This document shows, piece after piece, positions 22,187 to 35,000 of a stretch of DNA of 63,971 nt. Within the stretch, counting starts at the first letter, position 1. Each line of letters starts with the position of its first letter. Below the pieces are notes generated by a model. It worked only from the letters and a program-made list of their open reading frames with translations. It was not told the DNA's origin and did not search any database. A program made the position numbers and the translations under genes. Source of the stretch: Guillardia theta CCMP2712 (Eukaryota; Protista; Cryptophyta); contig NW_005434616.1 in the NCBI RefSeq assembly GCF_000315625.1, positions 248,001-311,971 on the forward strand. Reading direction: 5' to 3'.

Positions 22187-23503
22187 ATGCTTGACTTCGT
22201 TCCCTCCAAATCGCCAATCAAGTTGTCCCGTATTCCGAGCTCATGGTGCCGCTCCAGAACCCCTCCTCTCCTCTGTCAGAGCAACAGCCCAGCACATCGT
22301 GTGCTGCATCATGCTGGGACTCAGGCTGTCCCCCGTCGGTTCTTGTTCTCTTTCCTCCTCGGCTTCCCCCTCCTCTTCCTCCAGCAAGAGCCGAGCTGGA
22401 GGCTACCAGCAGACGCCTACGTCGAGCTCGGCAACGGCATGAAAGTTTGCCGCCTGCAGATTGGCATGCTACAGCTCTCCCCCAAGACGTCGAGGATGGG
22501 GAACGGGGAGGGGTACTGGATGCCGCGCCTGGGGGATGTAGTTGAAGACATGGAGCAGCTGGTGCGGAGAGGGTTCAACACCTTCGACTCGGCTCTGGTG
22601 TATGGCATGGCGGAGGAGGCGATCGCCACCTACTGTGAGAGGAACAGAGCTGCTGCTGCAGCATGTGTGTTCAACACCAAGTTGATCCCGACTGGTTCGA
22701 GCGGGTTGAGCGAGGAGCAGGTCAGACAGGCCCTCCTTCCCGCCTCCCGGGCGCGGGGAGGGCGTCTCGACCTCGTTCACTTCTACTGGTGGGACTTTGA
22801 TAAGTCCAACTACGTCAGCTCCCTCCTGAACGCCCAGCGTCTTGTGGAGGTGGGGGAGATGCGGGGGATCGCGCTGACGGGCTTCGACTCGCAGCACGTG
22901 GAGGAGGTGGTGGAGGCTGGAGTGCGGGTCGAGGCAGTCCAGCTCTCCCTGTCCATCGTGGACACGCGGGCGGTGGACGGGAGAATGCTGGAGGTCTGCA
23001 GGAGGCACAATATCGCCATGTTCGCGCACGGGACCCTCCTTGGAGGCTTCCTGAGCGAGCGGTGGGTGGGGGTGGAGGAGCCCAAGGCGGTGGAGCTTGA
23101 GACGAGTCAGCTCAGGAAGTACTTGCGCTGGATCCAGCTGTGGGGGAGCTGGGAACTTCTTCAAGAGCTGCTGGATGTGCTTCGGCGGGTGGCGGAGAGG
23201 AAGGGGGTCAGCATGCCTGTCGTGGCGATGCGCTGGGCCCTGCAGCAGGAGGGAGTGGCCAGCGTGATCGTGGGGACGAGGATGGGGATGAAGGGGAAGC
23301 TGCATGTGGAGGAGAAGAGGAGGGCGCTGGAGATCGAGCTGGATCAGGAGGACATGGAAGCGATCGCGCGTGTGCAGAAGAAGGGAAGGCCGTTGATGGA
23401 GACGCTGGGGGACAGTGGGGACGAGTTCCATGTGAAGAATCGGCGGAAGAGAACCCAAGGAGGAGCAAGGAGCAGGAAGGAGGAAGGAGGGGTGGGGGCC
23501 TAG
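22187..23503 (+). CDS. Aldo/keto reductase family protein
   Basis: GFNTFDSALVYG, FNTK, LDLVHFYWWD, AHGTLLGGFLSERW and VIVGTR motifs. Uninterrupted 1.3-kb frame. An upstream exon is possible (acceptor-like ctctgcag at 22180). Confidence 0.9.
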   Translation: MLDFVPSKSPIKLSRIPSSWCRSRTPPLLCQSNSPAHRVLHHAGTQAVPRRFLFSFLLGFPLLFLQQEPSWRLPADAYVELGNGMKVCRLQIGMLQLSPKTSRMGNGEGYWMPRLGDVVEDMEQLVRRGFNTFDSALVYGMAEEAIATYCERNRAAAAACVFNTKLIPTGSSGLSEEQVRQALLPASRARGGRLDLVHFYWWDFDKSNYVSSLLNAQRLVEVGEMRGIALTGFDSQHVEEVVEAGVRVEAVQLSLSIVDTRAVDGRMLEVCRRHNIAMFAHGTLLGGFLSERWVGVEEPKAVELETSQLRKYLRWIQLWGSWELLQELLDVLRRVAERKGVSMPVVAMRWALQQEGVASVIVGTRMGMKGKLHVEEKRRALEIELDQEDMEAIARVQKKGRPLMETLGDSGDEFHVKNRRKRTQGGARSRKEEGGVGA

Positions 23504-23709
23504 GGGACTCTCTGGCTTCCCGAGAGAAGGGGCAGAGGAGGAGGAGGAGGAGGAAGAGAGGAGGAGGAGGAAGAGAGGAGGAGGAGCAGGGGGGGGGAAG
23601 GGGAAGAGAGCTGGTTTCAGTCTCTATTCAGGATCGAAGAAGAAGGAGGAGAGAAACTTCAGCGCTCGAGGCTGAAGGTAATGAAAACTAGCCGGCCTGC
23701 AAGTCACAG

Positions 23710-24547
23710 TCAGATGTCCTTCCTCAGCTGCCCCCCCAGCTCATCGCCAGGTGTGCAGTACCGGTCGCAGGAGATCTGGGGGTACCGAACCCTTGCACGC
23801 TGAAGCAGAATGAGGGAGCGGAAAGCAGAAACGGGCGGAAAGGAGGAGCGGGGGGGGTCGCAGGGAGGAGGAGGGGAAAGATGTGTTTGGGAACCAAAGT
23901 GACGGAGGGAAAGGAAGGAAGGAAGCAGGAAGGGGAAAGTGGAGGGTACCGATAGGCAGCCGGGAACGTGGCGGGTCGAGTGGAGCGCGAAGTATTCCGG
24001 CCACATGCCATGCATGCAGGGGATCTCAACCTAAAGAGGAATAAGACTCAGTGAATAGAGATACAACATCTCCTTTTATCCTCCTCCTCCTCTCTGCTCC
24101 TTTTGCTTCCCCCCGCGCCCCCTCCCCGCCAGCAAAAGCTTTCGCCCCTCAATCACACCATTCTCGACCTGCTATCCTCCTCCTTCTCCCATCCCTCTTC
24201 CTCCTCACCATCTTCGCCCCCACGTCGTTAGCGAGAAAACCGAAAGCAACGTCTGCACAGGGATGGCAGAGCATGTGCTTCCCCCGCACCTGCTCACGAC
24301 AAACTTCAGTTCCCTCTGCTTCTCCTTCTCTTCCCCTTTCTCATTCCCTTCCCCGTGCTTCATCCTCCTCCTCCAGCTCCCTGCCCCTCCCTCCTCACCC
24401 CACCCCCCACTGACCCTTCTCCAGGAGACGGTGAAGGGGATCAGCTTCCTGTAGGTGGCGAGCATGAAGCCGCGGGAAAACACTATGCCTGAAGACAAAT
24501 CAGTCCCTCCTCCTCCTCCTCCTCCCCCCCCTCCTCCTCCTCCTCCG

Positions 24548-24630
<83 letters not shown>

Positions 24631-25075
24631 TCCATATCTCTCCTCCCTCCCCTTCCCTTCCTTCTCTCCAGGCCCCTGCTCCCGTCCCTCTTCTCGAGAT
24701 GTACTCCCTGATCTCCCTTCCTCCCCCCTCTCATCTCCCTTCCTTCCACCTTCTTTGTCCCTCCTCGCTCCTCCTCCACTACCTGAGCCTCCCGACAGAT
24801 AATTTCCGACTCCCAGGTGATGCCCCAGAGGTCCTCCGACCACCTACAGTAAAGTCAAAGAGGAAGAGGAGGACTGAAGTGATCGCAAGAAAGTGGGATG
24901 GGGAGCAGGAAGGTCAAGAAAATGGATGGAGAGGAGGAGCAGGAGGAGGAGCAGGGGGAGGAGGAGCAGGAAGGGAAAGGGAAAGGAAAGGAGTGGAGGA
25001 AGGAGGAGGATTGAGGAGGTGTTGGTAGAGGAGGAGGTGGTGGTAGAGGAGCAAGAGCAGGAGGAGCAAGAGGAG

Positions 25076-25117
<42 letters not shown>

Positions 25118-25815
25118 GTGGAGGGCAGGAGCACCAGTTTCTCATCCGCATTGAGGGGCTGCAGCTGATGCAGCAGGTTGACGGGCACCTGTGGAGGGTT
25201 GAGGGGGAGGACAAGAGGATGGAGGGGGAGGAGGAGAACAGAGCTGCAGCTTCAGGTGGTGCTCACCACGAAGTTGTCGTCTCCTCCGAGGAAGAACCAG
25301 GAGGCATTGGGATGCCTCGTGTACCTGAAAATGCCGTGAGGAGGAAAGAAAGGAAGATCGATGCGGAGGGGCGGCAACGTTGGTTCGAGAGAGGGAAGGG
25401 CGTGAGCAGAGATAATACGAAGGAGGAAGGAGGAAGGAGGAACAGAGGAGTCATGCAGGTTTTTAGAGGGAGGGCGAGGAGGGAAGACGAAAGAGGAGGA
25501 GAGAGGAGGGAGGAGGGAAGAGGGAGGAGGGAGGAGGGAGGAGGGAGGAGGGAGGAGGGTCAAGTAGAAATGAAATCACATATCAAGCAACGCCATGAAG
25601 AACTTCGGGAGTGACGAGGCATAATCAGCCGCCATGATCTCTTCCCATAGATACCTGCACTCATCTTGGTCAACCGCTACCTCCTAACTCCTTTTTTCTA
25701 TGATCATGATCGTTTCCCTTCTAAACCCTCTTCCCTCCCTCCACTTCCGTTCGGTCCTCCTGCTTCTCTTCCGCCTGCTCCTGCCCCTGCTCCTCCTTGT
25801 CTTCCTCCTGCTCCC

Positions 25816-25869
<54 letters not shown>

Positions 25870-28828
25870 GCAACAACAACAACAACAACAACAGCAACAG
25901 CAGCAGCAGCAACAACAACAACAGCAACAGCAACCTGGCATCTTCGCTCTTCTCCTTCAGCTCCTTGACGATCGTGAACTCCGTCACCGGCAAGTCTGCA
26001 TCCTCCTTGTCCCCGTAGAAGTAGCGGAACCTCGCGTGCGGCCACCAGGTGCTTGCCACGATACCAGCTCGCGATCTGAAGGAGGTGGAGGGAGAGAAAA
26101 GGAAACAGAGGATGGAGGAGGTCAGAAAGAGAAATGAGAGGAGAGAGAGGGGAGAGACGAGACGACAGGGGAGAGAGCAGGAGAAGTGGGGAGGGGTTGG
26201 ATAAGGAGAGAAAAGAGAAGGACAAATGTCAGTCTCCATTGTCTGTGCGCTAGTGCGCTTCATCATCGCACAAACCTGTAAGTCGTCGCAGTTGTCAAGC
26301 AGCAAAACACAATGTCGTCAAGGTTGTATCGCAAGATATGCCTGCCAGTAAGGTCTTGTCAAGCGACTAACTATCGCTAGGGGAGTGGCCCGACTTTGGA
26401 ATGTGCAGAGCAGACGAGGAGGAGCAGGAGGACGAGGATGAAGACGAGCAGGAGGAAGGAGGGAGGATGTCGCTGCCACCAGGATCAGTCAGCAGCACAT
26501 GACAAGCATGCAAGGCTTCACCTCAGGTGGGACTTGTAGGATCTGAACGACTCTGAGGAGTTTGCGGCCCCTCCCGGTGAGAAGTCTGAGCTGAGGTCCT
26601 GCTGTGATGACGTCATCGCTCGCAAATCCCTCGGCAAAGGTGAAACGTGGCAGACGGGAGTGGAAGGACATCAGGCAAGAGAGAGAAGGAGATCATGGAA
26701 ACAAGGACATGCAAGGGAGAGGAGACGGAGGAGAAGCAACCAAGGGATAGAAGAATGAGAAGGAGAGGCAAAGGTGAGGTAGGGAGAGGAGCAGAAGGAG
26801 AAAGGGTGTTTCAGGTCTAAGGAAGGCGCGAGACTGTACCATCTGATGCAGCAATCGGTTCATAATGTTACAAGTGTCCTTGCTGATTTCATTACAACCT
26901 GCAGCATCGTGACCCTTCCTCCTCTCCTCCTGCTCCTTTCCCTTCCTCATTTCCCCTCCTCCTGCCCATCCTCCGCTCTCCGCTTCCTCCTCCGCTCCTC
27001 CTTCTCCTCTTCCTCCTACGCCCCGCGCCCTCTTCACTCTTCTTCATGTTTCTCATTTACCTGGATACGTGCACTGTGCCTTGGTCAGCGGTCTGCTTGA
27101 GTATCCGACCAGCCTCATGACGGTGCGATAGGCTTTCAAGGCCATCCTTGCTCAAAGCTCAGTTGATTCTCCTCCTCTCTTCCTCCCATCCTGCCCTATC
27201 GCCCTCCTCCTCTCCCTCCTTTCTCTTCACCTCCTTCCTCTTCCCAGGAGTGAACCAAATCTCGTTCCCTCCTCCTCACTTACTTCAGTTGCCCAATACA
27301 CTGGAGGGCCCGTCCTGCTCGCAGAAAGTTCTCGCTGACCTGTTCAAGACGCTCAACCTTGTGCATGAGATGAGAAGGGAGAAAGGGGAAGCAGGAGCGG
27401 GTGGGGAGGCACGGAGAAAGCAGAGATAGGCAATAAATGAGCAGGGTGAACAGCAGGGGAGGGGGAGGGAGCGAAGGAGGAGGAGGATGACGACCACAGG
27501 GGAAAGTCAGGGAAAGTGACGGGAGACAGAGAGGAAGGAAGATGAGCTCGTGCCTTGAATCCTTGCAAGATGGCGGAGAAGTGAAGGGTCATCGCCTCCT
27601 GCATCGACCTGTCCGTTAAGGTTTTGAAAATCTGCCGAGCCAATCAGTCAGGAGAACGTCGAGCTCTTGTGCCCAGCTGCTCACGAGCTCTCGATCCTCC
27701 CGTGCCTGGAAGTGCTCGCAGAGGCTTGAGAAACAGAAATCTGCGCCATCGAGAACTTCCGTGTACTGACGATTTGGAGGGATTTTAGCCTCTCGCTGAC
27801 CACTTGTTAGATCGTGCCTTGCAGGGATAGGAGAGAGAGGAGTGAGAGAGGGAGTGTGGGGAAAGGAGGGAGAGAGCGAGGAAGGGAAGGAGGCACGGAA
27901 AGGAGGAGAGGAGGGAGGAGAGGAGGGAGGGAGCGAGTTTACCTTCACAACGCAAGCAACAAATTCGTTCACACAGTTCTCATCGATGAAGCTAGTGTCT
28001 GCCTTGATGATCTGCTCACTCTCAAACTCCAATCTTTCCAGGCTCTTTGCTCGGACTTCAAACCACAACTGCCGCATGAAGCTCGTCAATGTCTTCCCCT
28101 ACAGCTTATTGTTTCACCTGCGGCGACAGAGCACAGGGCGTTCCCTGCCCAGGGTACAGCAGCGCTATGGAGAGTGTGTGCCTACCTACTTCCACCTTGC
28201 AGGATAGCTGGTCAGAAGCAGGAGAACGAAGAAAGGACTTGACCTCTCCATGATGATGGTATGTGAACGTTCCTGATGGGTTGGAGCGATCGAATGTATG
28301 TTCGATGCTCATCATGCCGACTGTCTGGTTGTCAATCACGATGACACCCTTGCTGATCATGAACGACTCGAAGTCTTCGAGTAGCTCTATCAGCACATCA
28401 AAGTGTATCTGATCCCCGTCCACCCACACAGCGTTGCTCACTGCCTCATGGATCATCGTCCTCACACCTGCTCGGAACCCAGTATGCAGGACATTGCTCT
28501 CAGCGATCCAGTTTCCCTTGTCATCGTACACCGATGCCCACAGGTAGGTGTTTGAGTGTCTGACGGACACGCTGAGCTCGCTCGTGTCACTGACATTCAT
28601 CATCAGCGCATGGTTCTCCCTCCAGAGCTCAATCCTTCCACTTGAGTATGGGAACACTTCGCCTGTAGTTTTATCCTCCACGAAAACTTGCAGCTCCGCC
28701 ACCTCCTCCTCTTCATCGAGAGAGAACAACGCAACGACATCTTGACTGAGAAGATTCTCTCTTATCGAACTTCCTCCAGCAAGGATAAGCTTAAGGACAA
28801 GCAGGCAGAGCAGCACTGCCGTCTTCAT
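23710..28828 (-). CDS. Secreted glycosyltransferase of GT31/Fringe-like type with long N-terminal extension, many exons (may be two genes)
   Basis: Exons give ASTWW, WFFLGGDDNFV|VPVNLL, YLSGGSGIVFSRG and ADVAFG. The first exon MKTAVLLCLLVLKLILAGG is signal-peptide-like. The join between the 5' and 3' halves was not fully traced. Confidence 0.68.
25816..25933. repeat. Intronic (ACA)n/(GCA)n microsatellite
   Basis: Directly visible. Confidence 0.95.
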
Positions 28829-28956
28829 CGTTCACACGATTTGACGCACTTCAGCAGAATCTTGATGAATGACGGATTGTGAGAGCCATCTGTTGAGATT
28901 CATGGTCCCTCTCCTCTCACCCTCTTTTCTCTCTCTCCCCCTCTCCTCTCTCTCGC

Positions 28957-29016
28957 TCAATCTCAATGAATGAATCTCTCCTGAGATTCATCTCTCCTGA
29001 GATTCATTGAGATTGA
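28957..29016. repeat. Short inverted repeat / hairpin with internal tandem duplication
   Basis: tcaatctcaatgaat (28957-28971) is the exact reverse complement of attcattgagattga (29002-29016). tctctcctgagattca is duplicated between them. Confidence 0.85.
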
Positions 29017-29149
29017 CTCTCCTGCCTCTCCTTCTTCGCTCTTCTCCATCTCCATCTTCTCTTCTCTTCTTTCTCCCTCCTGCTCTCTCGCCTTCAGTTT
29101 CGCCTACCTTGCGCCTCATCATCCAACAAATGACCATCCAAGTCCGCCT

Positions 29150-29810
29150 CAGAGTAACGGGCATCTGAGAACATGATAGGGGATCATAGTAGTAGCTCGA
29201 CTCTCGCATCGCAGCGTGGCGGTGGCTCAGGTCTGACCGCTCAGGAAGATGGGCGAACACAGTGGTGGACTGCAAGACCCTATCCTGCGACTTGAGCGAG
29301 CACGTCCGATCCTGCGGCTGTGCAAGGTGAGGGTATCACGCTGCTGATCGGTAAGCGCAGCACGAGCATGGACGTGGCGAGGAAACACCCGCATGACAAG
29401 AGGAGTCACATTGCGCTGTGCAGGGGGAGGAATGAAGTGCTCGTGACACGAGTCGACGAGAGTGCGCAGACCAGGGATGTGTACCACGTAGACCGGAGGG
29501 TGGCCTGCATCCGATCAGGCACAGCCTCCGAGTCAGCATTAACCGGTCCATGTGAGTCCCCGCGCAATCCACAGCAGGAGCAGGAGCCCATATGCTCAAC
29601 GAAGAAGGTCACCAGAGGATGCTTCTTGGCTCGGAGAGACCTGCTTGTATCTATGCCGCCTTGCCCTTCAACATGTTACAAGATCGCAACCCTGCCCTCC
29701 TCGATTGTCACAGTAATAAATTTATTTCCCTGTCGGTCTGTATGGACGAGATTGTTCATCAATGCCTCAATGTTCCTTCCTCTCGTGTAGAGCCTTCTGT
29801 AACTTAACAT
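29150..29810 (+). CDS. Possible small hypothetical gene
   Basis: Coding-like composition and splice-like sites. No motif recognised. Confidence 0.25.
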
Positions 29811-30072
29811 CAACTCTCAGATGAGCACGGGAGATAGCTGCAGAGATGCAAGACAATTTTGACTCGCAGTATGTTTTACATCAAGAGCGTGCAAAGATCG
29901 TCTCAGGAGCATGGCGTGAAAGAAGCCATGCGGGTGTTAGGAAGAAACTGGCAGCGTAAGCATACCGAGAGGGATCTTCAATCATATGACAAGTTTGGAA
30001 ACTTACACTCAAATCATTCCTACTAAGCTGCACCCAAGAATGCAGCAATACCCACATTTCTCTTGTTTCCCT

Positions 30073-30774
30073 TCACTCTAACCCCCCTTCTCCACGCACC
30101 GTGACGAACCACTCGATCCAGTCCGGATCCAGCCCTATCTCCTTGTCCTCCTTCCTGCTTTTCTCTACCTGCTGGTGCTGGTGCTGGTGCTGGTGCTGGT
30201 GCTGGTGCTGGTGCTGGTGCTGGTGCTGGTGCTGCTGGCGCTGGTGCTGCTGGCGCTGGTGCTCTTGCTGGTGCTCTTGCTGGTGCTCTTGCTGGTGCTC
30301 TTGCTGGTGCTCTTGCTGCTGCTCTTGCTGCTCTTGCTGCTGCTCTTGCTGCTGCTCTTGCTGCTGCTGCTGCTCATTTCTTGTTCCTCTATCAACCGAG
30401 TTGACTTCCTCGCCTACTGGATGTGATATGGTGAAATCTCCTCTCATTCTTCGATCGCCTCGGCCATACGGCCATCGCGCTATCCCAAGCCGCCGGCATG
30501 CACTCTTTAGCGCCGTCAGCGACAGCCCCTGCCGCCACAAGTTAGTTTGCCATCCGAGTCCCTCTCAGGCTGAGGTGCCACACGGAAGCAGCAAATGTTT
30601 TACCAGCGACGAGGCAGCTCTTGCTTGAGGAAGGTGGAACAAGGTCTGTAGCGAGGAAGGGACCAGATGTACCTCTCGAGTGACTCGTTGTTGTTCAGAC
30701 TCCCGTTGTTCTACGGGGGCTGATGCCCGCACGCGTTTCCTCCTGGGATGGACTCGGACGATGATGGCGTTCAT
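30073..30774 (-). CDS. RWP-RK domain transcription factor with Q/E/H-rich tract
   Basis: Exons 30774-30604 and 30528-30073 (intron 30529-30603) give FHLPQARAASSL|GLSLTALKSACRRLGIARWPY, followed by poly-Q/QH repeats. Confidence 0.92.
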
Positions 30775-30939
30775 GGGAGATAAGCTGAAGATCCGAGGCC
30801 TCTTGCGGCTTCAACGCGGCCTCGGGTTTCAGGACAATCTTTGTACAATCTTTGTACCTTGGTCTTTTGTGCCTCAAAATGTTTGTTCCTGCTGGGGACA
30901 AAATCTTTGTCCCTAGAGTTGCCATATGAGGCTGTAAAC

Positions 30940-31410
30940 TCACGGCCGCGGGCCCCGGCGAGGCCGGGCGGCCCGGCCCGGCCGGGACCGGCACCGGCAC
31001 CGGCCATCGGGGGCCCGGTGGCTACTGGATCATGTCCGGACGGACTGACACTGAGTACGGTCACTGACTGTGACTGTCCTGCGAACCTCATCAAACCCAT
31101 ATTGCGCCGGATGTACCCCTCTGTCGTTTGTACGATCCTAGCAAGCTATCGAAGGGTGGTGTAAATGAGGGGGTACGGGTACTCATTGCTACCTCGTTTT
31201 CACTGGGCCCAACCGACAAAGGAAGGGTGAGGGTGGTGTGCGTAGGGGTACTGAATTTTTTCCTCTAATTTCGGAGGGTAGTGAAACTGGGGTTGTGAAA
31301 TAGGTGGTAGGGTATAAGAGAAGGGGTATATTTACGCACAATTGACCGGTATTTTAGAGGATTTGATCGTCCGAGATGTGAAATGAAGGGGGTGGGGGTA
31401 GTTGCAGAGG
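30940..31410. promoter_or_regulatory. GC-palindrome core + GGGT(AC) tract between divergent RWP-RK and DHU1-like genes
   Basis: ggccgcgggccccgg...gggggcccgg, then gggggtacgggtac, ggggtactg and gggtagtg. Confidence 0.5.
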
Positions 31411-32020
31411 GCTTGAGTTGGTCCATTTCTTCCAGCAAGTTTGTTGAAGTGGTGAGCAGTAGTGCTGGAGGAGAGGAGGAGAGGAGGAGAGGAGGAGAGG
31501 AGGAGAGGAGGAGAGGAGGAGAGGAGAAGGAGCAAGATTCTTGAGGGAGAGGAGATCATGGTAGCAGAGGAAAGTTGAATGTGAGCGAATAACATTCCAA
31601 GCTGTCGCAGGATCTTGAATGGTAGAGGCAAGACCGTGAGTTTGAGAGAGCGGGTTCAGGCAGTCAAGCACAGGGGAGAGAAAGGAAAGTCGAGGCTATA
31701 GTGTTCGGACATGGCGATATATGATAGAAAAAATATGAGATAAGATGGTTTGACGATAGGTGAAGCAACTTTGGTATTGCCTTCTGAAATTTTGTCGACC
31801 GCAAGTTTTCTTGTCTTGTTGACTTCCTTTGTAGATGTGTTTGTACACAACCAACACAATGATCTCGAAGATACAATGTAATTGATCAAAATCAATGACG
31901 GCTTCATCATATGGACAAATGTTTTCTTTGCATGTGAAGAATCCTTATGATTACTACACATGCAACCTTGTTGTGCGTCTCATCTTGTAAAAAGCACTTG
32001 AGATTGTTAAGATTCAAGTC

Positions 32021-35000
32021 ATGGGGAACTCTTCGTCTTCGAACACTTCAAGGACTGCTGCTTCAAACGCAGTGGACAACAATCTGATCGCCGACGAGGA
32101 TGGGAGCATGGTCCCAGCCTATGAAGGGGATTATGTGAAGGTCCGCGACCTTGAAAGTGTAACAACGATCAAGAGGTTTGATGGGCAAGCTATCATCATA
32201 GCTGAGGACAAGAGAATCTCATGCTCTCAAGCACAGCTTGTCTATGACGGGGTGACACTAGCCCGGAAGCAGCTCAGGTTGCTGCTGCAACTTTACTCCA
32301 CGGTCTGCGAGGGGGAGTCGGTCGTGGCCAACGTAAGCATTGTTTCCAGCATCCAGAAATGCATTCGGAGCGCTCACAGGGCTCCTGACAGGCAGACGCT
32401 GAACTTTTCGGAGTGCAATCTCAGAGATGTGGACATAATCTTGTTTGCCCGGAGCATCCAAAACTTTCACTTTGATTCGTGCAGTGAGCTGCATATTACA
32501 AAGATTGATCTTTCCTATAACGAGATCAGTGGAGAAGGTGCTGTGGCTCTTGGTGAAATCATCAACAAGATTGGGACCGTTGAAGAGCTCCTGCTGGACA
32601 GAAACAAGATAGGGGAAGCAATACAGAAAATGTCACCAGATGGACTGGAATCGATCAAGTTCTTGTCAGTTAGCGGAAATCGTATCAAGAAGCTTCAGGC
32701 ACTGCCTCCGATGCCTGGATTGCAAACTTTGATCTTAGATTGGAATCCATTGCAGAACAATTTGTCACCGGAAATTTTTTCAGAGTGCACTTCACTAGTG
32801 AGCCTTTCGCTGTGTTCCACAGCACTGAGCAACCTCCCAAAGGCCTTTGCTGCGATTTCACACTTGACTAATTTGAGACACTTGCACTTTCAGAGTAATC
32901 GACGTGGCTTTAGGGACAGTTCGGCGGAGATGGAGGAGAACATTTTTCCCTTTGCTGTTCGATTCCTAGAAAGATCCAACGATTACAATATTCATACGGA
33001 CGACATGGTCGAAGATGGATTTTCGCAGGATTCCGATGGTGCAGATGCTTTGATAGGAAGGTTGAGAGACTTTGTTCCCTTCGAAGATCGTTTAGAGCAT
33101 GAAGAGCCCATCAGAGGTCATTCCCGGAGCCCAACGGAGCGCTCGGCTGTGGAGAGCCGCGACACTGATGCGATCTCCTACACCGCAAATGCGCAGACGG
33201 ACGAAAACGTCAGCTTGCCAACTGGCCAAGAGGACGATCAGGACGAGGAGCTGAACGACCTGGTGGATGCAGGCATGGCAACACTGAATGTCGTCGAAGA
33301 GCCGAGGAGAACCATCTCAGTGTCTGTGGATGCCGATGAACGAGAAACCTTCGCAAATTTCTTGCACGATGGGGTGATCCCAGATCTGTTCCATGTGAAT
33401 CTCCTTTGCTCTGAGAGGCATTATAGGGAGTACATCATTGCCCAGGTGTCAGCGCTTGTTGCGTGATGTGTCTTATGCTGACTTGCATCGCGCTTGCAGA
33501 TGCCTTGGTTGGAGACTTTGGACAAGCGAAGGATTTCAAACACGGAGAGGGCAGAGGCGAGGAAAGTTTTCCTCTCCAAGTTTGAGAAGTTTGCTTACAA
33601 CAGGCTGCGTCCCATTAATTGCACACTTCTGATGCGGATGAGAGAGTTGGGTCTGAATAGCGCGGATAGAAGACCGCTGAGCTCATCGCTGACGACCGAC
33701 AGTGAAGCCCCGGCCAGCTTATCGTCTCCTGCCGCTGCTGGTCAGGTGAAGAGATGTTCAGATCATAGCATGTCTTCTATTAGCACGGGAGAGCTCATCT
33801 GCCATCCCTCCACCTTCGTGCGGAGCATGTGCGCTTGCCGGCAGCCGCCCGGTGCCCAGCCCTCGACAAGAATGATCGCTCCGTCGCACCTCCGGCCTCG
33901 GCAGTTCGAGTACCATCCGACGAAACCCGAGGAGCTCGTCATAGGGACAGTCAATGGCGAGGTGATAGTCCTCAACCACTTCACTGGGTCCATCCTTGGG
34001 CAGGCGACCGCCGCGGGGCCTCCACACAGCATCCTTGGATTGTGCTGGCTTCGCCTCAACGACGGGCTTCTCATCTCCGGGAGCGATAGCGGGAACATTC
34101 AGCTGTATGACGTGAACCTGATGAAGCACAGCCGGGCCCCGACCATCTACAAGTAGAGCTGTCAGTGCGCTGAGAGGTGTCAACTGATTGTTGTTGTGCT
34201 GCAGGTATGAAAACTTCGAGCATCTCACTTCTCTTCACATCGATTGCCTCGACGACAAGTTCTTGGTCAGTGGCTACAGCAATGACGTGGCGCTGTACGA
34301 CCTGAAGGTTGACCTTCTTGCTACCATGCTTTGGTTGACTGTCAGTGCTGTCAGGTCGGCAAGAAGATCCAGACGTTCAAGTCCCTTCATTCTCAACATA
34401 TCAACGTGTTGAAGTTCGCGAATTTCTCACCTTCACTGTTTGCAACGTCTTCCTTCGACAAGTGAGCAAACGCCCCCTCGTCCTCACAGTGAAAGTTGGC
34501 TGACATGACAAGCAGAGATGTCAAGATGTGGGATCTGCGAGAAGGTGCCAACAGGCCTATCTTCACGTGCAGGAGTGATCAAGGTCTGCGATTCTTGACT
34601 CCTTCAAGTGGTCTTTTGATTTGTAATTTGTGACAGGAAACGTCATGGTGTGCTTCTCCCCTGATGATCGGTACCTGTTGAGCTCTGCGGTGGACAACGA
34701 AGTTCGCCAATACATGGCGGTAGATGGGCGGCTGACCATGAAGTTCGACATTCTATGTGAGGATGGGAGGGAAAGCGACGCGAGCTGGTACATAGGTGAC
34801 TTTTGACTTGCTGTGCGGTAGCTCTCGGCAGCGAGCACAACTACACAAGGAGCTACTACATGAACGGATCAGATTACATCATATCAGGATCTTGTGAGGT
34901 GTGTGGATGTATCTATGAAGTCACGGGGCAGATGCGGAGAGTGGATGAAGAGGAGCGAGAGAGTTGAGGAAGGAAAAGGAGAGATCCAGACGTCAGTGGG

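Noticed and set aside
21941-22190. Idea that islands mark every divergent promoter
   Set aside because: The beta-helix/AKR, AMT/alpha-kinase and TPR/MBOAT head-to-head junctions lack them, and two islands lie between tandem genes.
22469-23458. 329-aa antisense ORF over the aldo-keto reductase
   Set aside because: Shadow frame of a GC3-rich coding sequence.
24205-26305. Poly-RG, poly-PR, poly-Q, poly-C and poly-L ORFs
   Set aside because: Translations of intronic microsatellites within the GT31-like gene.
7029-28828. Glycan-biosynthesis gene cluster (GT8, beta-helix, GT31-like)
   Set aside because: The genes are interspersed with unrelated ones and these families are common, so there is no evidence of functional clustering.
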